DNA of 64,000 nucleotides from Candidatus Hydrogenedentota bacterium (GTDB lineage Bacteria; Hydrogenedentota; Hydrogenedentia; Hydrogenedentales; JAEUWI01): NCBI GenBank assembly GCA_034669905.1, contig JAXMOL010000005.1, positions 11,709 to 75,708 of the forward strand, read 5' to 3'. Shown piece by piece: positions 28,330 to 37,250 of this stretch (position 1 is its first letter; each line of letters starts with the position of its first letter). The notes under the pieces were generated by a model. It saw only the letters and a program-made list of their open reading frames with translations, ran no database searches and was not told where the DNA came from. The position numbers and the translations under genes were made by a program.

Positions 28330-28350
28330 AGAGAACGTTTTAACTCCCCT

Positions 28351-31300
28351 TCAGTTTCTGGCCCGAGGTGGTGGCGGTGTCGCCCCGTCCGCTGCCGTGC
28401 CCGCTTCCACGTCTACGGATGACACGCCCGAAACTGGCTGGTACTCTACCAGGCCGTTGGCCGCGAGTTTCATGACAACGGGAAAGGTTGCATCGGGATC
28501 ACTCAGCGAAAATACAATATTCTGACTCTTGAAGGGGGCCACCGACACCGTCGCACGGCGGGGTGCGACCGTAACGGCGGGAAAATCCCTTCCCTCACCC
28601 CAGTGCTCGGGCGACGCGATGGCATCCAGGTAGCCCTTGGCGTAGACACTGCTGTTGTTGCGGATGGAAACCCGAATCTGGGCACCGTTGCGACTGGTCT
28701 CCATCACGTAGGGCGCTTCATTGGTCATGAGCACATCGCGGTAGGTCTGGCGCTCGAAGGTTGTCTCGGCCACGACCGCCATCTCCGCTTCCATGCCGGG
28801 CGTTCGGGCCAGTTGAATGGTTTCCACCTGCTGTTCCCCTGCGCCAAGACTGTAATAGACACGCTGAGGTCCGAAGGTCAGGCCCGACGTGGCCTCGAGA
28901 TTCACGGTCCCCTCCACGGTGCGATCGGTGGTGTGGTTACTCACGACCACTTCGATGGCGGGCGTATCGCCGCTCAACGTGCCCCGCAGTAAGAGGCCGA
29001 GGGGCATTTTCCGGACCGGTGCCGCACCGCGCCGCTCATCCCAGTAGCGCGTTTCCAGGACGCCGTGGGGCTCGGCCTCCCGACCGAGGCGGGCGAGTCC
29101 GTCCAAGGGCTTGGTCACATTGGGTAGAAACCACAGGGGCAGTACCTGAAACCCATTTGCCTCCAGCGATACGCCTCCGCCGGTGACCGGCCACGGGGTC
29201 TGGGGCCGCTCCAATACGTCGGTGCCCTGGGCTTCCAACATACCGGTACTGCTCTGCAGCGTACCCGACCAGCGTGCCCCCGTCGGCTCCCACGCGAGGA
29301 GGGTATAGCCATCGCGGGGATGGAAGGCGGTTCGGGTGTTCGTGGTCGTGGGAAATCCGGCTGGCTTCAAACCGCCCACCCGGAGCCCCGCGGGACTCAT
29401 TTCCAGGAAGGCCTGCGTTGCGGGCAGATCGCCTGGATGCATTTTGGTGCGTGCCACCACGGGCTTCACGTTGAATCGGGCGGCCTTCTCGGGCACCTGG
29501 GCCGAACGCCAATCGCCCTGGAAGGGAAAAATCCCATAGCGGAATCGTGACACGTCGAGCAGTTCGGCCCCGTCGCCCCCGTTGCGTTCCAGGGGCGTGC
29601 GGTGCTGGAGCCCAAGAAGGAGCCGGCCATCTTTCTGTTGTGACACGGAAAGACTGCCGGGAAAGAGCAGGGCATTCCCGCGCGACGCCTCCGGTTGGAT
29701 GCGGGGCGGCACATAGGCCGACGGCGGCAAGAGATAACGCTGGCCCGTGCGTACGGCTCGGGTAAGCTGGTCGGCCAGGTCCGCGCTCTGGGCCGGGGTA
29801 AGGCCCCCCAGCAACAGGGTCGGTACAGGGGCCACACCGTCGGGAACACGCGTATCGTTCATCAGGAGGCGTGCGCCACTTGGGATGCGGTCCACATACT
29901 CCTTCAAGGTTTCTTCGGATAATTGGGCAAGCAGGGGCCCACAAAAGCGGTTTTGATCGGGGGTACCCAACACGACCCGCATACGATAACCGGCGCGAAG
30001 ATAGTCGTTGCTATCCTGCTCGGTGGTGCTGTCCGTCCAGAGAAAGTCGGGTTTTTCCGGCGCGTCCGGTTGGAGGATGCTGGGGATACCCCGGGTAATG
30101 AGGGCCTGCTGCAACTCCCGGGCAGGCCGTTCGAGTAGTTCGTGCCCATAGACAATAATCGTGGGTTCCCAGGGCACGACGCCGCCCGACCCGACCTGAA
30201 TGGCATCGTTGGCACTCAAGGCTGCCCACTCGTAGGCGGGATAGGGTACGGTGCCCCCCACATTCTCTCCACCCCGGGTACGCAGCACGAAATCGTCCTG
30301 GCCCCGCGCCCCTACCAGCGTGCCAAAGCGTTCCCCCACGAGAAAGCTGGCGCCGTCGGGCCGAAACTGAAAGGAAGCCACGGCAGCTTTGCCCGAAAGG
30401 CTTACACGGTCCAGCGTGGTGTCACATTCGACCCAGGGGATTCCCGCGTGAAGCGTGTAACGCTGGGTCAGCGTGCCGCCCCCAAATGGCGTCTCCACGG
30501 TGATACGTTGGCGGAAGGCCGTGACCTCCGCGCGAATCGACGAAGGCGCCGGGCTTCGGCCGCTGGGAGAGCCGGTCCATAGTTCCTGTCCCGCGCGATT
30601 CTCACTCTCCCGCTCGGTGAGCAGCAGAATTTCATTGAGCGGTCCCGATGCAATCTCATCCCCATTGCGCTTATCCAAGAGCGAACGAATCGCACCCGTC
30701 GCCGGGTCGACGAAGAGTGCCAGATGCTCATTCTCGATCTGCATGTCTTCCGTCACCAGGGCACGGGAAGCCCGCTCGGCAGCCTGCACGAAATAGGTGG
30801 CGTATCCATAGGGCGGCAGGTCTTCCGCCAGGAAATCGAGGCGTTGCTCCCCTTGATAGGCTTCGCCCACGTGTGGGACGGGCGCTTCCCCTTCCGTGAC
30901 GAGTTTGAGTCCGGCGTTGGGCGCGACGGGCACTTGCACGGACACTGGAAAGGTCCCCCGACTCCCCGTCGGATTAAAAACGACAAGGGCATCGAAGAGC
31001 CCCTGATTGAGGGGCACCGTGCCCGCCGTGTCAACCAGCCCGGCGAGGTACTCGCTACTCCGTCGCAGGCTGTCATCGGTCCATTCGGCCACTTCGCGGT
31101 AGGCCGCCAGGGCATCCAGGACGTGCCCGTCGTCCCGGGGCACCCCCAGGGTTTCGGGGGTACTGTAGTAAAGCAACTGACGCCACGCGAACTCCATGGC
31201 ACTGTGGGGATAGACGGCTCCCTGCAGACTGGCCAGGGTCGCGAGACTTTCCGCGTCTTCCAACTGGCGGGCCAACTCGGAGTGAAGCCGCTGGAGCGCC

Positions 31301-33162
31301 GGTTGGCTGAGCAAGGCACCCGGCTGTCCGAGATTGAGATGGACGGCCAATGCAGGAATGGTGGCATTTACCCTGTCACCTGCCGCCCCGACTTCTTCAA
31401 AAAAGGCCGCCGCGCCGCCGTCATCGAGGCGAATACGGGGAAAGGCCCGGGCCAGCGCATCGACATTCCCCCGGTAGAAGGGTTCGGGTGGAGCCACTAC
31501 GTTTTCCACGACCAGCACATCGGTCGGCAGGGCCATGTCGGCCAATTCGCGGCGCTGAAGTGCCACGGCCTCCCGCAATTCATCCAGTGTAGCGGGACCG
31601 GCGGACTGCTGCTTTCGGCGCAAGTAGCGGGTATTTCCGGTGAGATCATAGAGACGGTTCAGGGGGGCCATCCCGGGGGCCATCAGATCCGTAACGATGC
31701 CGCCCATAGGCGTCATCCGCAGCAGCTGGGCGGTCTGGGGCGCAATGCCGGGCCGTTCCCAGGCCAGGTAGTGGGGCGTGGTGCTGTTGAGCTGACTGCC
31801 CGCCATGTGGAGGCCCAACTGGAGATTGCGCCACAGGGCCGTCCCCCCCACGATGCGCTCGTCGACGGGGGCGTAATTGCCCTGAACCGTAACGGCACCC
31901 CGTTGGGCGGCATTCTCCAGGCTGTCGCGCAGGGCCGGCATCGCCACGTACGGCTTGTACCAGGACATGGCGTAGCCCAGGTCGAAGCCGTAACCCAGGG
32001 CCTGGCGGGAAAAAAGGAGCTGCCGTTTAACGCTCTCAAGGTAGGCTTCGTCGGTGGGTGGCATGCCGTCGATGGCGCTCGTGTGGCCCGTGATGACCCG
32101 GACGATTCCGTCCCCTTCGCCCCCTGCCGTAATGGGTACGGTCGCCGTGAAGCGGGAGCTATCCTCCCCACTGGCCAGGCGTACGGAAACTTCGATGGTG
32201 CTCCCCACCGTGGCCGAGCCGATCGGGAGCGCGATGGGGACCTGTCGCGTTTCACCGGCATCCAGGGCCTCGATTTCCACCAGGTCCGGCAGCGGCATTC
32301 CGGGTACGGCCACGATGGCTTCCACGGGTTCCGATATTTCTTCCAGGGGATTGTGGATCGTGAGAAGCACATCCTGCTTCAGATCGCCGGCAAAGCCCGA
32401 GACGGTACCGGCATCTTCCAGTTTCGGCACATAGAGCAACCGTCTCCCGATGGGCCGCGCATGATGCAGTTCCACAGACAAGGCGAAGCCGCTGGTCTTC
32501 CGCAAACGGGGCCGATTGGCCATGGCACCCGCCGTCAGCTGGGGCGTGCTGAGTCCCCGGGCCTGGGCCATGGCGTTGTAGTCCGCCCCGGGCACCTCGA
32601 AAACCACCAGGTTGTTTCCGGCGCGCAAGCCGATGGCGAGAAATTCTTTCCCGACGGCCTCCAGTGGTCCGGGTTCGTATTGCGATGCGGGAAAGCCGTT
32701 GGCCCAGACACGGACGCCAAGGGGCGACTCAATATCCAGGAGAATCTGGGTGAGTATGGGCGAGTCGACGTAGAACGCCGCATAGGCCACGCCGGAAATA
32801 TCGTCGGGGAAAAAGGGGGCCAAGTCCAGCTCGGGACCGGTCGTGCCCGCCTCTTGCCAGATAGCATCGTCCCCATTGCTCCGGGGAATCCGCATGAGGT
32901 GCCGGGGGCGAATGCGGGCGATGGGGGCGTTGGGCGCCATGAAATCCGTGTCGCTCAAGGCCGGGGCATCATCACGAATGGCCGCGAGAACCCCACCGGG
33001 CACGTCGGGTTCAAAGGGCCCACAGACAAGCCAGTGGGCAATGTAGCCCCGCTCCAGGATGGGCGCGAGGCCCTCGTATTGTTCCTGGGCCGGAGTAGAG
33101 ATAGGGGCCAGTATGGTGGCGAGTAGCAACACGAGAAGCGCTATGCGATGGGAGCCTTTCAC
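28351..33162 (-). CDS. Giant secreted protein (about 1603 aa) with glycoside-hydrolase-family-38 (alpha-mannosidase)-like signatures.
   Basis: GTG start at 33162 gives signal peptide 'KGSHRIALLVLLLATILAPISTPAQEQ', 1 nt after the upstream stop. The longer ATG ORF would overlap the upstream gene by 200 nt. GH38-like strings: 'WRNLQLGLHM...HYLAWERPGIAPQTAQLLRM' resembles 'RQ/NxxxG...WLPDxFGxSxxLPQ', and 'LFDALVVFNPTGSRGTFPVSV' resembles the GH38 C-domain 'VVFNPLxWxRxxVV'. Catalytic nucleophile context not conserved. Confidence 0.45.
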   Translation of the reverse strand: MKGSHRIALLVLLLATILAPISTPAQEQYEGLAPILERGYIAHWLVCGPFEPDVPGGVLAAIRDDAPALSDTDFMAPNAPIARIRPRHLMRIPRSNGDDAIWQEAGTTGPELDLAPFFPDDISGVAYAAFYVDSPILTQILLDIESPLGVRVWANGFPASQYEPGPLEAVGKEFLAIGLRAGNNLVVFEVPGADYNAMAQARGLSTPQLTAGAMANRPRLRKTSGFALSVELHHARPIGRRLLYVPKLEDAGTVSGFAGDLKQDVLLTIHNPLEEISEPVEAIVAVPGMPLPDLVEIEALDAGETRQVPIALPIGSATVGSTIEVSVRLASGEDSSRFTATVPITAGGEGDGIVRVITGHTSAIDGMPPTDEAYLESVKRQLLFSRQALGYGFDLGYAMSWYKPYVAMPALRDSLENAAQRGAVTVQGNYAPVDERIVGGTALWRNLQLGLHMAGSQLNSTTPHYLAWERPGIAPQTAQLLRMTPMGGIVTDLMAPGMAPLNRLYDLTGNTRYLRRKQQSAGPATLDELREAVALQRRELADMALPTDVLVVENVVAPPEPFYRGNVDALARAFPRIRLDDGGAAAFFEEVGAAGDRVNATIPALAVHLNLGQPGALLSQPALQRLHSELARQLEDAESLATLASLQGAVYPHSAMEFAWRQLLYYSTPETLGVPRDDGHVLDALAAYREVAEWTDDSLRRSSEYLAGLVDTAGTVPLNQGLFDALVVFNPTGSRGTFPVSVQVPVAPNAGLKLVTEGEAPVPHVGEAYQGEQRLDFLAEDLPPYGYATYFVQAAERASRALVTEDMQIENEHLALFVDPATGAIRSLLDKRNGDEIASGPLNEILLLTERESENRAGQELWTGSPSGRSPAPSSIRAEVTAFRQRITVETPFGGGTLTQRYTLHAGIPWVECDTTLDRVSLSGKAAVASFQFRPDGASFLVGERFGTLVGARGQDDFVLRTRGGENVGGTVPYPAYEWAALSANDAIQVGSGGVVPWEPTIIVYGHELLERPARELQQALITRGIPSILQPDAPEKPDFLWTDSTTEQDSNDYLRAGYRMRVVLGTPDQNRFCGPLLAQLSEETLKEYVDRIPSGARLLMNDTRVPDGVAPVPTLLLGGLTPAQSADLADQLTRAVRTGQRYLLPPSAYVPPRIQPEASRGNALLFPGSLSVSQQKDGRLLLGLQHRTPLERNGGDGAELLDVSRFRYGIFPFQGDWRSAQVPEKAARFNVKPVVARTKMHPGDLPATQAFLEMSPAGLRVGGLKPAGFPTTTNTRTAFHPRDGYTLLAWEPTGARWSGTLQSSTGMLEAQGTDVLERPQTPWPVTGGGVSLEANGFQVLPLWFLPNVTKPLDGLARLGREAEPHGVLETRYWDERRGAAPVRKMPLGLLLRGTLSGDTPAIEVVVSNHTTDRTVEGTVNLEATSGLTFGPQRVYYSLGAGEQQVETIQLARTPGMEAEMAVVAETTFERQTYRDVLMTNEAPYVMETSRNGAQIRVSIRNNSSVYAKGYLDAIASPEHWGEGRDFPAVTVAPRRATVSVAPFKSQNIVFSLSDPDATFPVVMKLAANGLVEYQPVSGVSSVDVEAGTAADGATPPPPRARN

Positions 33163-33163
33163 G

Positions 33164-34318
33164 TCAGCGGGACTCCGTCGAAATTTGCTCGGCAGGCGCC
33201 GTTTCGGCCTTTGCCGCCCCGGCCGGGTAATACGTATGCATTCCGGTGAGGGGGCTGTAGGCACGGTTCGCCTGAAACTGGAGCACGAACAGAATAAGAC
33301 ACAGGATGGTGGTGAGCGCCACGGTGGGCCTCCCCCACGCTTCAAAGCGCATAAGCCAGGCACTCAGGGCGGCCAGGGCCACCCCACACAGCGCCAGCGG
33401 CAGGAAAAGCTGTCCCGCATTCTCCAGGGTCACATAGTCTATCGGAAGGGCCCCCGGGTAGACGCGGATGAACAACACGGCCAACACGGCGAATCGGAAG
33501 GGAGCCGATTTCACCTTAAACAGCGCCCAGCCCAGCAGCGCCATCACCCCAATACCCCATGCCCACCCCTGCCAGGCGTGGGCCTCAACGTGGGCCACCG
33601 TTTCCGGCAACAATCCGATGGGATAGAACACGAGCAAGAGGGGTCCCACGATGGCATCAAGTGTCGGCAGCTGGGCGTAGAGAATATCCAGATGGAACCA
33701 GTTCGCCACCATGGTCACCCCGAGGAATGGCAGCAGGCGCAGCCAATTGCGTTCCTCACTATCCCCGACGAAGAGTTCCATCAGAATAAGGACGCCCAAG
33801 AGCGCAGCATTGACAGCAAAAACACCCGTTGCAATGGCAAAAGTCAGTAGGGCTATCGCGAAGGGAGCCACACCGCCGTCTTGCCGCACCCGGGCATACA
33901 TCAGCAGGGTCAGCAACGCCATAAAGGTGGCCAGCCCATAGTATACGCCGGTGAGACTGAAAAGCGTCTCCGTCTTGACGGGATGGGCCATGAGGAAGGT
34001 GCCTGCCAGCGAGCCCAACCACGGAGGACCACCCACGAGTCTTCGGGTAAGCAGAAACACCAGTGCCATACAGCCGAACAAGATGGGTAAGGCGAAACCT
34101 GCCACCTCGATAATCGGGCTGCGCGCAAATGCGTCGGACCACATGGCGAGCCATGGCCAGGCGGCCGGATAGTCAAAATCCCGAGTGGTCATGCCCCCAT
34201 TGGGAAGCATGATAAGACTCGATCCGTAGACCAGGATTAGATAGAAGGTCATGGTGACGAAAAAAAATCCGGCACCGGGCTTCTTGCGGGGGGGCTTGCT
34301 GTCGTTTGTATCATCCAT
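33164..34318 (-). CDS. Polytopic integral membrane protein (384 aa, about 10 TM), first gene of an operon with the giant protein.
   Basis: ATG 34318 gives 'MDDTNDSKPPRKKPGAGFFFVTMTFYLILVYG...'. The upstream extension to 34642 is non-hydrophobic and R/A-rich, probably not coding. Stop is 1 nt before the giant-gene start. Confidence 0.55.
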   Translation of the reverse strand: MDDTNDSKPPRKKPGAGFFFVTMTFYLILVYGSSLIMLPNGGMTTRDFDYPAAWPWLAMWSDAFARSPIIEVAGFALPILFGCMALVFLLTRRLVGGPPWLGSLAGTFLMAHPVKTETLFSLTGVYYGLATFMALLTLLMYARVRQDGGVAPFAIALLTFAIATGVFAVNAALLGVLILMELFVGDSEERNWLRLLPFLGVTMVANWFHLDILYAQLPTLDAIVGPLLLVFYPIGLLPETVAHVEAHAWQGWAWGIGVMALLGWALFKVKSAPFRFAVLAVLFIRVYPGALPIDYVTLENAGQLFLPLALCGVALAALSAWLMRFEAWGRPTVALTTILCLILFVLQFQANRAYSPLTGMHTYYPAGAAKAETAPAEQISTESR

Positions 34319-34681
34319 GATGGGCCAAGTATAGCCCTTTTCCGGGGAAAAACTACAACCAACGCGCGCAACACGCCCTGAAAATGCTCCCCGACAAACA
34401 AAGGAGAAGAAGGCCCTGGCGAGAGGCAGAGAATCGTGTGCTGCCCATGAAGCGCGGTGGGCCAGCGCCCGTTGATTCCAGGCGGACCTTTCGCCTGGAC
34501 ACGGGGCATGACGCGCTCGAACCTGGGGAGAAAATGCACGAACCGGAGTACCGGATCGCGCGGCACAGCCGGAGAATCTACATGAGTCGTTGGGGAGAGA
34601 GGGGTTGCGGCCTCCCCGAAACAAAGCCCCCTCATCGGGCACATGACCAATGAGGGGGCGCGATTGCTATAGGGGCTGGTA

Positions 34682-37195
34682 TTAACGCTGGGGGCGCCGT
34701 CCGAACGCAACCAGGGTCAACAGCGTAAGACTGAAGAGGAAGAACTCTTCTACTTTGTCGGCCAGGGTCTGTGCAACGCCCTGTTTCGAGAGCGCGCAAC
34801 CCGGCGTCGTTACTTCGACGCGGGCCTCAAGCTCTGCCTCCGACAGAAAGCCATCGCTGTTGGTGTCCAGCGCATCAAACTGGGTGGTTGTCACTGCGGA
34901 CAAGGACGCCATGGCCTCTGCCAATGACAGCTGCCCATCATTATCCACGTCCGCAACAGCGAACAGGTTCAAGAGCGCTTCGGCGGCGGCATCCAGCGTC
35001 ACTTCGCCTTCGCCTTCGCCTTCGCCTTCGCCTTCTCCTTCTCCTTCACCTTCACCTTCACCTTCACCTTCTTCTTCTCCTTCTCCTTCTCCTTCTCCTT
35101 CTCCTTCTCCTTCACCGCCGGGCGCACCATCGAAATAGACGCGATAGATATTCCCGTCGATGGTCGAATTGGCCGCAAAGTCTCCAACGCGAATATAGAC
35201 GTCCGACGTGAAAGCGTTTACAAAAGCCGTGTAATAAACACCGGTGGTGTCGGCGGGGTGCAAGGTTTCATACAACTCAAAGTTACCCACTTCCCCCCTT
35301 CCACGGAATCCGGTGTCGAAAATCTGCACGCCGTCATTCCCCGGATTGACGAATTGATAGGAATCGTTGTAACCTGCCAAGCCGCCCGTAAGAAAGGCCG
35401 TATCCGTATCCACCAGGGTTCCGTCCAGCTCCCACGCGAGCGTCCGGTTATTGTCGAAAGCACTCATAAGGTCGTTAACGGTAAAGGTACGCAACTCCGC
35501 CGTGTTGGCATCCATTGCATAAACGATTGACGTACGGCCCAGCACGCTCAGGAGGTTGGAGGAATAGCTGCCTGCCGGTTTTTGCACCACCACGCTCTTG
35601 TCCTGGAGCGCATACTTCGCCGACTTGCGAACCACGGGGTGGACCGCCTGCTTCTGGGCGCTCAGATCCAAAATGCGCAATTCGCTGGCTTCACCAAAGG
35701 CACCGACATCGAGGAGCACCAGGTTGGTGGTGAGGAAGGTCCCCGAAAAGTGACTGATGGATGCGACGAGTGCTTCTTCGGAATAGTCCACCGGATTGGC
35801 GGTGTCGAAAAGATAGAGGTTTCCACCGAAGCCTGCTCCGAGCAAGACATGCTGGTTATCCGGTGAAAGGGCCATGAATCCCGGGTCACCTGTGTAACCC
35901 GAAGCAATAACTTCGAAAACGCCCGACTCAGCGGCCGTTTCCTGGTAAATGGCATCGCCATTCCAGAGTAAGAGTCGCTGATCTGACAGTCCCAGACCGA
36001 CCAGGCCAAACGCGTTGGCGGCTACCTCGGGAAAACCCTCCTGTAAGACAAGTTCCGTCGTGGAAACTTCCCCCTCACCTTCTCCCTCGCCTTCACCACC
36101 GCGCGTACCTCCTTCACCCTCTCCTTCACCCTCTCCTTCGCCTTCACCCTCCCCTTCGCCTTCGCCCCCTTCCTCCAAGATCACGCGATAGACATCGCCA
36201 TTGATGGTGGAATTAGCCGCAAAATCACCGACACGAAGATTGGCGGTATCCGTGACGCCATTAAAAATAACGCTGTAGTAAAGCCCTGTCCCTTCAGCCG
36301 GCTGGAGTGCCTCGATGAACTCCAAGTTAGAGCCACTACCCGTACGCTGTTTGCTCCGTGTTCTTCCCAGGCCATCGAAGGCATAGACATTTACGGCATC
36401 ATTACCCGGATTGTAGAGGGTGCCGTCATCCGCGACGCCCGCTACGCCCCCGGTAAGCACGGCTTCATCGGCACTAACGGGAGTTCCGGCCGTCCAGACC
36501 AGCGTGCTGTTGGTGCTGTAGGCCGTGATGAAATCGCTCGGCAGGAAAGCACGCAATTCGGCCGTGTTAGCATCCATCACCAGAATATAGTCCGTGCTTC
36601 CGGGCGCGTAGCCCAAGGTGGCCGAGTAACTGCCCTCCGGTTTCACCAACACGGTCGCTTTGTCCACCGTGGGCTTCTTTAACACGGATACCGGACGGGC
36701 CTTGTTGGCGCTCAGGTCGAGGACCACCAATTCACTGGGTTCGCCAAACACCCCCACATCCAGCAGGACCAAGTCATTGTTCAAATACAACCCATCGAAG
36801 TGCCCCATGGTGGCCACCAGCGCGGAGGCTTCATAGTCAATCGGCGTGTGGGTATCAAGCACATAGAGATTGCCACTGAAACCCGCGCCAAGCAGGGCAA
36901 AGCGCCCGCCCGGTGCCATGGCGATGAAGGCCGGGTCTCCCACGTAGCCCGTGGCGATCGCATCGAAACTATCGGCATCCACCTCAGACTGAAGGTAAAC
37001 CGTGTTGCCATTCCAGACGAGGAGACGTCCATCGGGCAAGGCATCACCAACCACGCCGAAAGCATTCGCATCGGCCTGTGGAAAGTTCTCATATTGCACG
37101 AAGGTGGCCGTCATTGCAGGGACCGCCCCCAGCAAACAGAGCCATACACACGCCCACCGTAATCCCGTTGTGATTTTCACGAACACATTCTCCAT
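34682..37195 (-). CDS. Secreted (GE)n-repeat protein with internal module duplication, an EF-hand/dockerin-like Ca-binding loop pair and a C-terminal Cys-TM-basic anchor. Paralog A.
   Basis: Signal peptide 'LRWACVWLCLLGAVPAMTA'. Two homologous ~330-aa modules ('VWNGNTVYLQSEVDADSFDAIATGYVGDPAFIAMAPGG' and 'LWNGDAIYQETAAESGVFEVIASGYTGDPGFMALSPDN'), each followed by an acidic GE tract ('GEGEGEGEGEGEGEGG', 'GEGEGEGEGEGEEEGEGEGEGEGEGEGEGEGEGE'). 'DVDNDGQLSLAEA' plus 'DTNSDGFLSEAELEA'. C-terminus 'TPGCALSKQ...FFLFSLTLLTLVAFGRRPQR'. Confidence 0.7.
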   Translation of the reverse strand: MENVFVKITTGLRWACVWLCLLGAVPAMTATFVQYENFPQADANAFGVVGDALPDGRLLVWNGNTVYLQSEVDADSFDAIATGYVGDPAFIAMAPGGRFALLGAGFSGNLYVLDTHTPIDYEASALVATMGHFDGLYLNNDLVLLDVGVFGEPSELVVLDLSANKARPVSVLKKPTVDKATVLVKPEGSYSATLGYAPGSTDYILVMDANTAELRAFLPSDFITAYSTNSTLVWTAGTPVSADEAVLTGGVAGVADDGTLYNPGNDAVNVYAFDGLGRTRSKQRTGSGSNLEFIEALQPAEGTGLYYSVIFNGVTDTANLRVGDFAANSTINGDVYRVILEEGGEGEGEGEGEGEGEGEGEGGTRGGEGEGEGEGEVSTTELVLQEGFPEVAANAFGLVGLGLSDQRLLLWNGDAIYQETAAESGVFEVIASGYTGDPGFMALSPDNQHVLLGAGFGGNLYLFDTANPVDYSEEALVASISHFSGTFLTTNLVLLDVGAFGEASELRILDLSAQKQAVHPVVRKSAKYALQDKSVVVQKPAGSYSSNLLSVLGRTSIVYAMDANTAELRTFTVNDLMSAFDNNRTLAWELDGTLVDTDTAFLTGGLAGYNDSYQFVNPGNDGVQIFDTGFRGRGEVGNFELYETLHPADTTGVYYTAFVNAFTSDVYIRVGDFAANSTIDGNIYRVYFDGAPGGEGEGEGEGEGEGEEEGEGEGEGEGEGEGEGEGEGEGEVTLDAAAEALLNLFAVADVDNDGQLSLAEAMASLSAVTTTQFDALDTNSDGFLSEAELEARVEVTTPGCALSKQGVAQTLADKVEEFFLFSLTLLTLVAFGRRPQR

Positions 37196-37206
37196 ATGAT
37201 GCTACT

Positions 37207-37232
37207 GCGCGACCCTGATTTCAGGGTCGCGC
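37207..37232 (-). other. Perfect 12-bp-stem hairpin in the 55-nt spacer between the two (GE)n paralogs (intercistronic stem-loop / U-tract-less terminator candidate).
   Basis: 'gcgcgaccctga-tt-tcagggtcgcgc' with no flanking T-run on either strand. Confidence 0.5.
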
Positions 37233-37250
37233 TTACCTATCCATCAAGGG

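Noticed and set aside
30724-33126. 800-aa plus-strand ORF.
   Set aside because: Antisense to the giant GH38-like gene. Gly/Arg/His-rich with no signal peptide.
33163-33363. Longer start for the giant GH38-like gene (ATG 33363).
   Set aside because: It would overlap the upstream membrane-protein gene by 200 nt, and the extension is Arg/Pro/Cys-rich and non-signal-like. GTG 33162 immediately precedes a good signal peptide.
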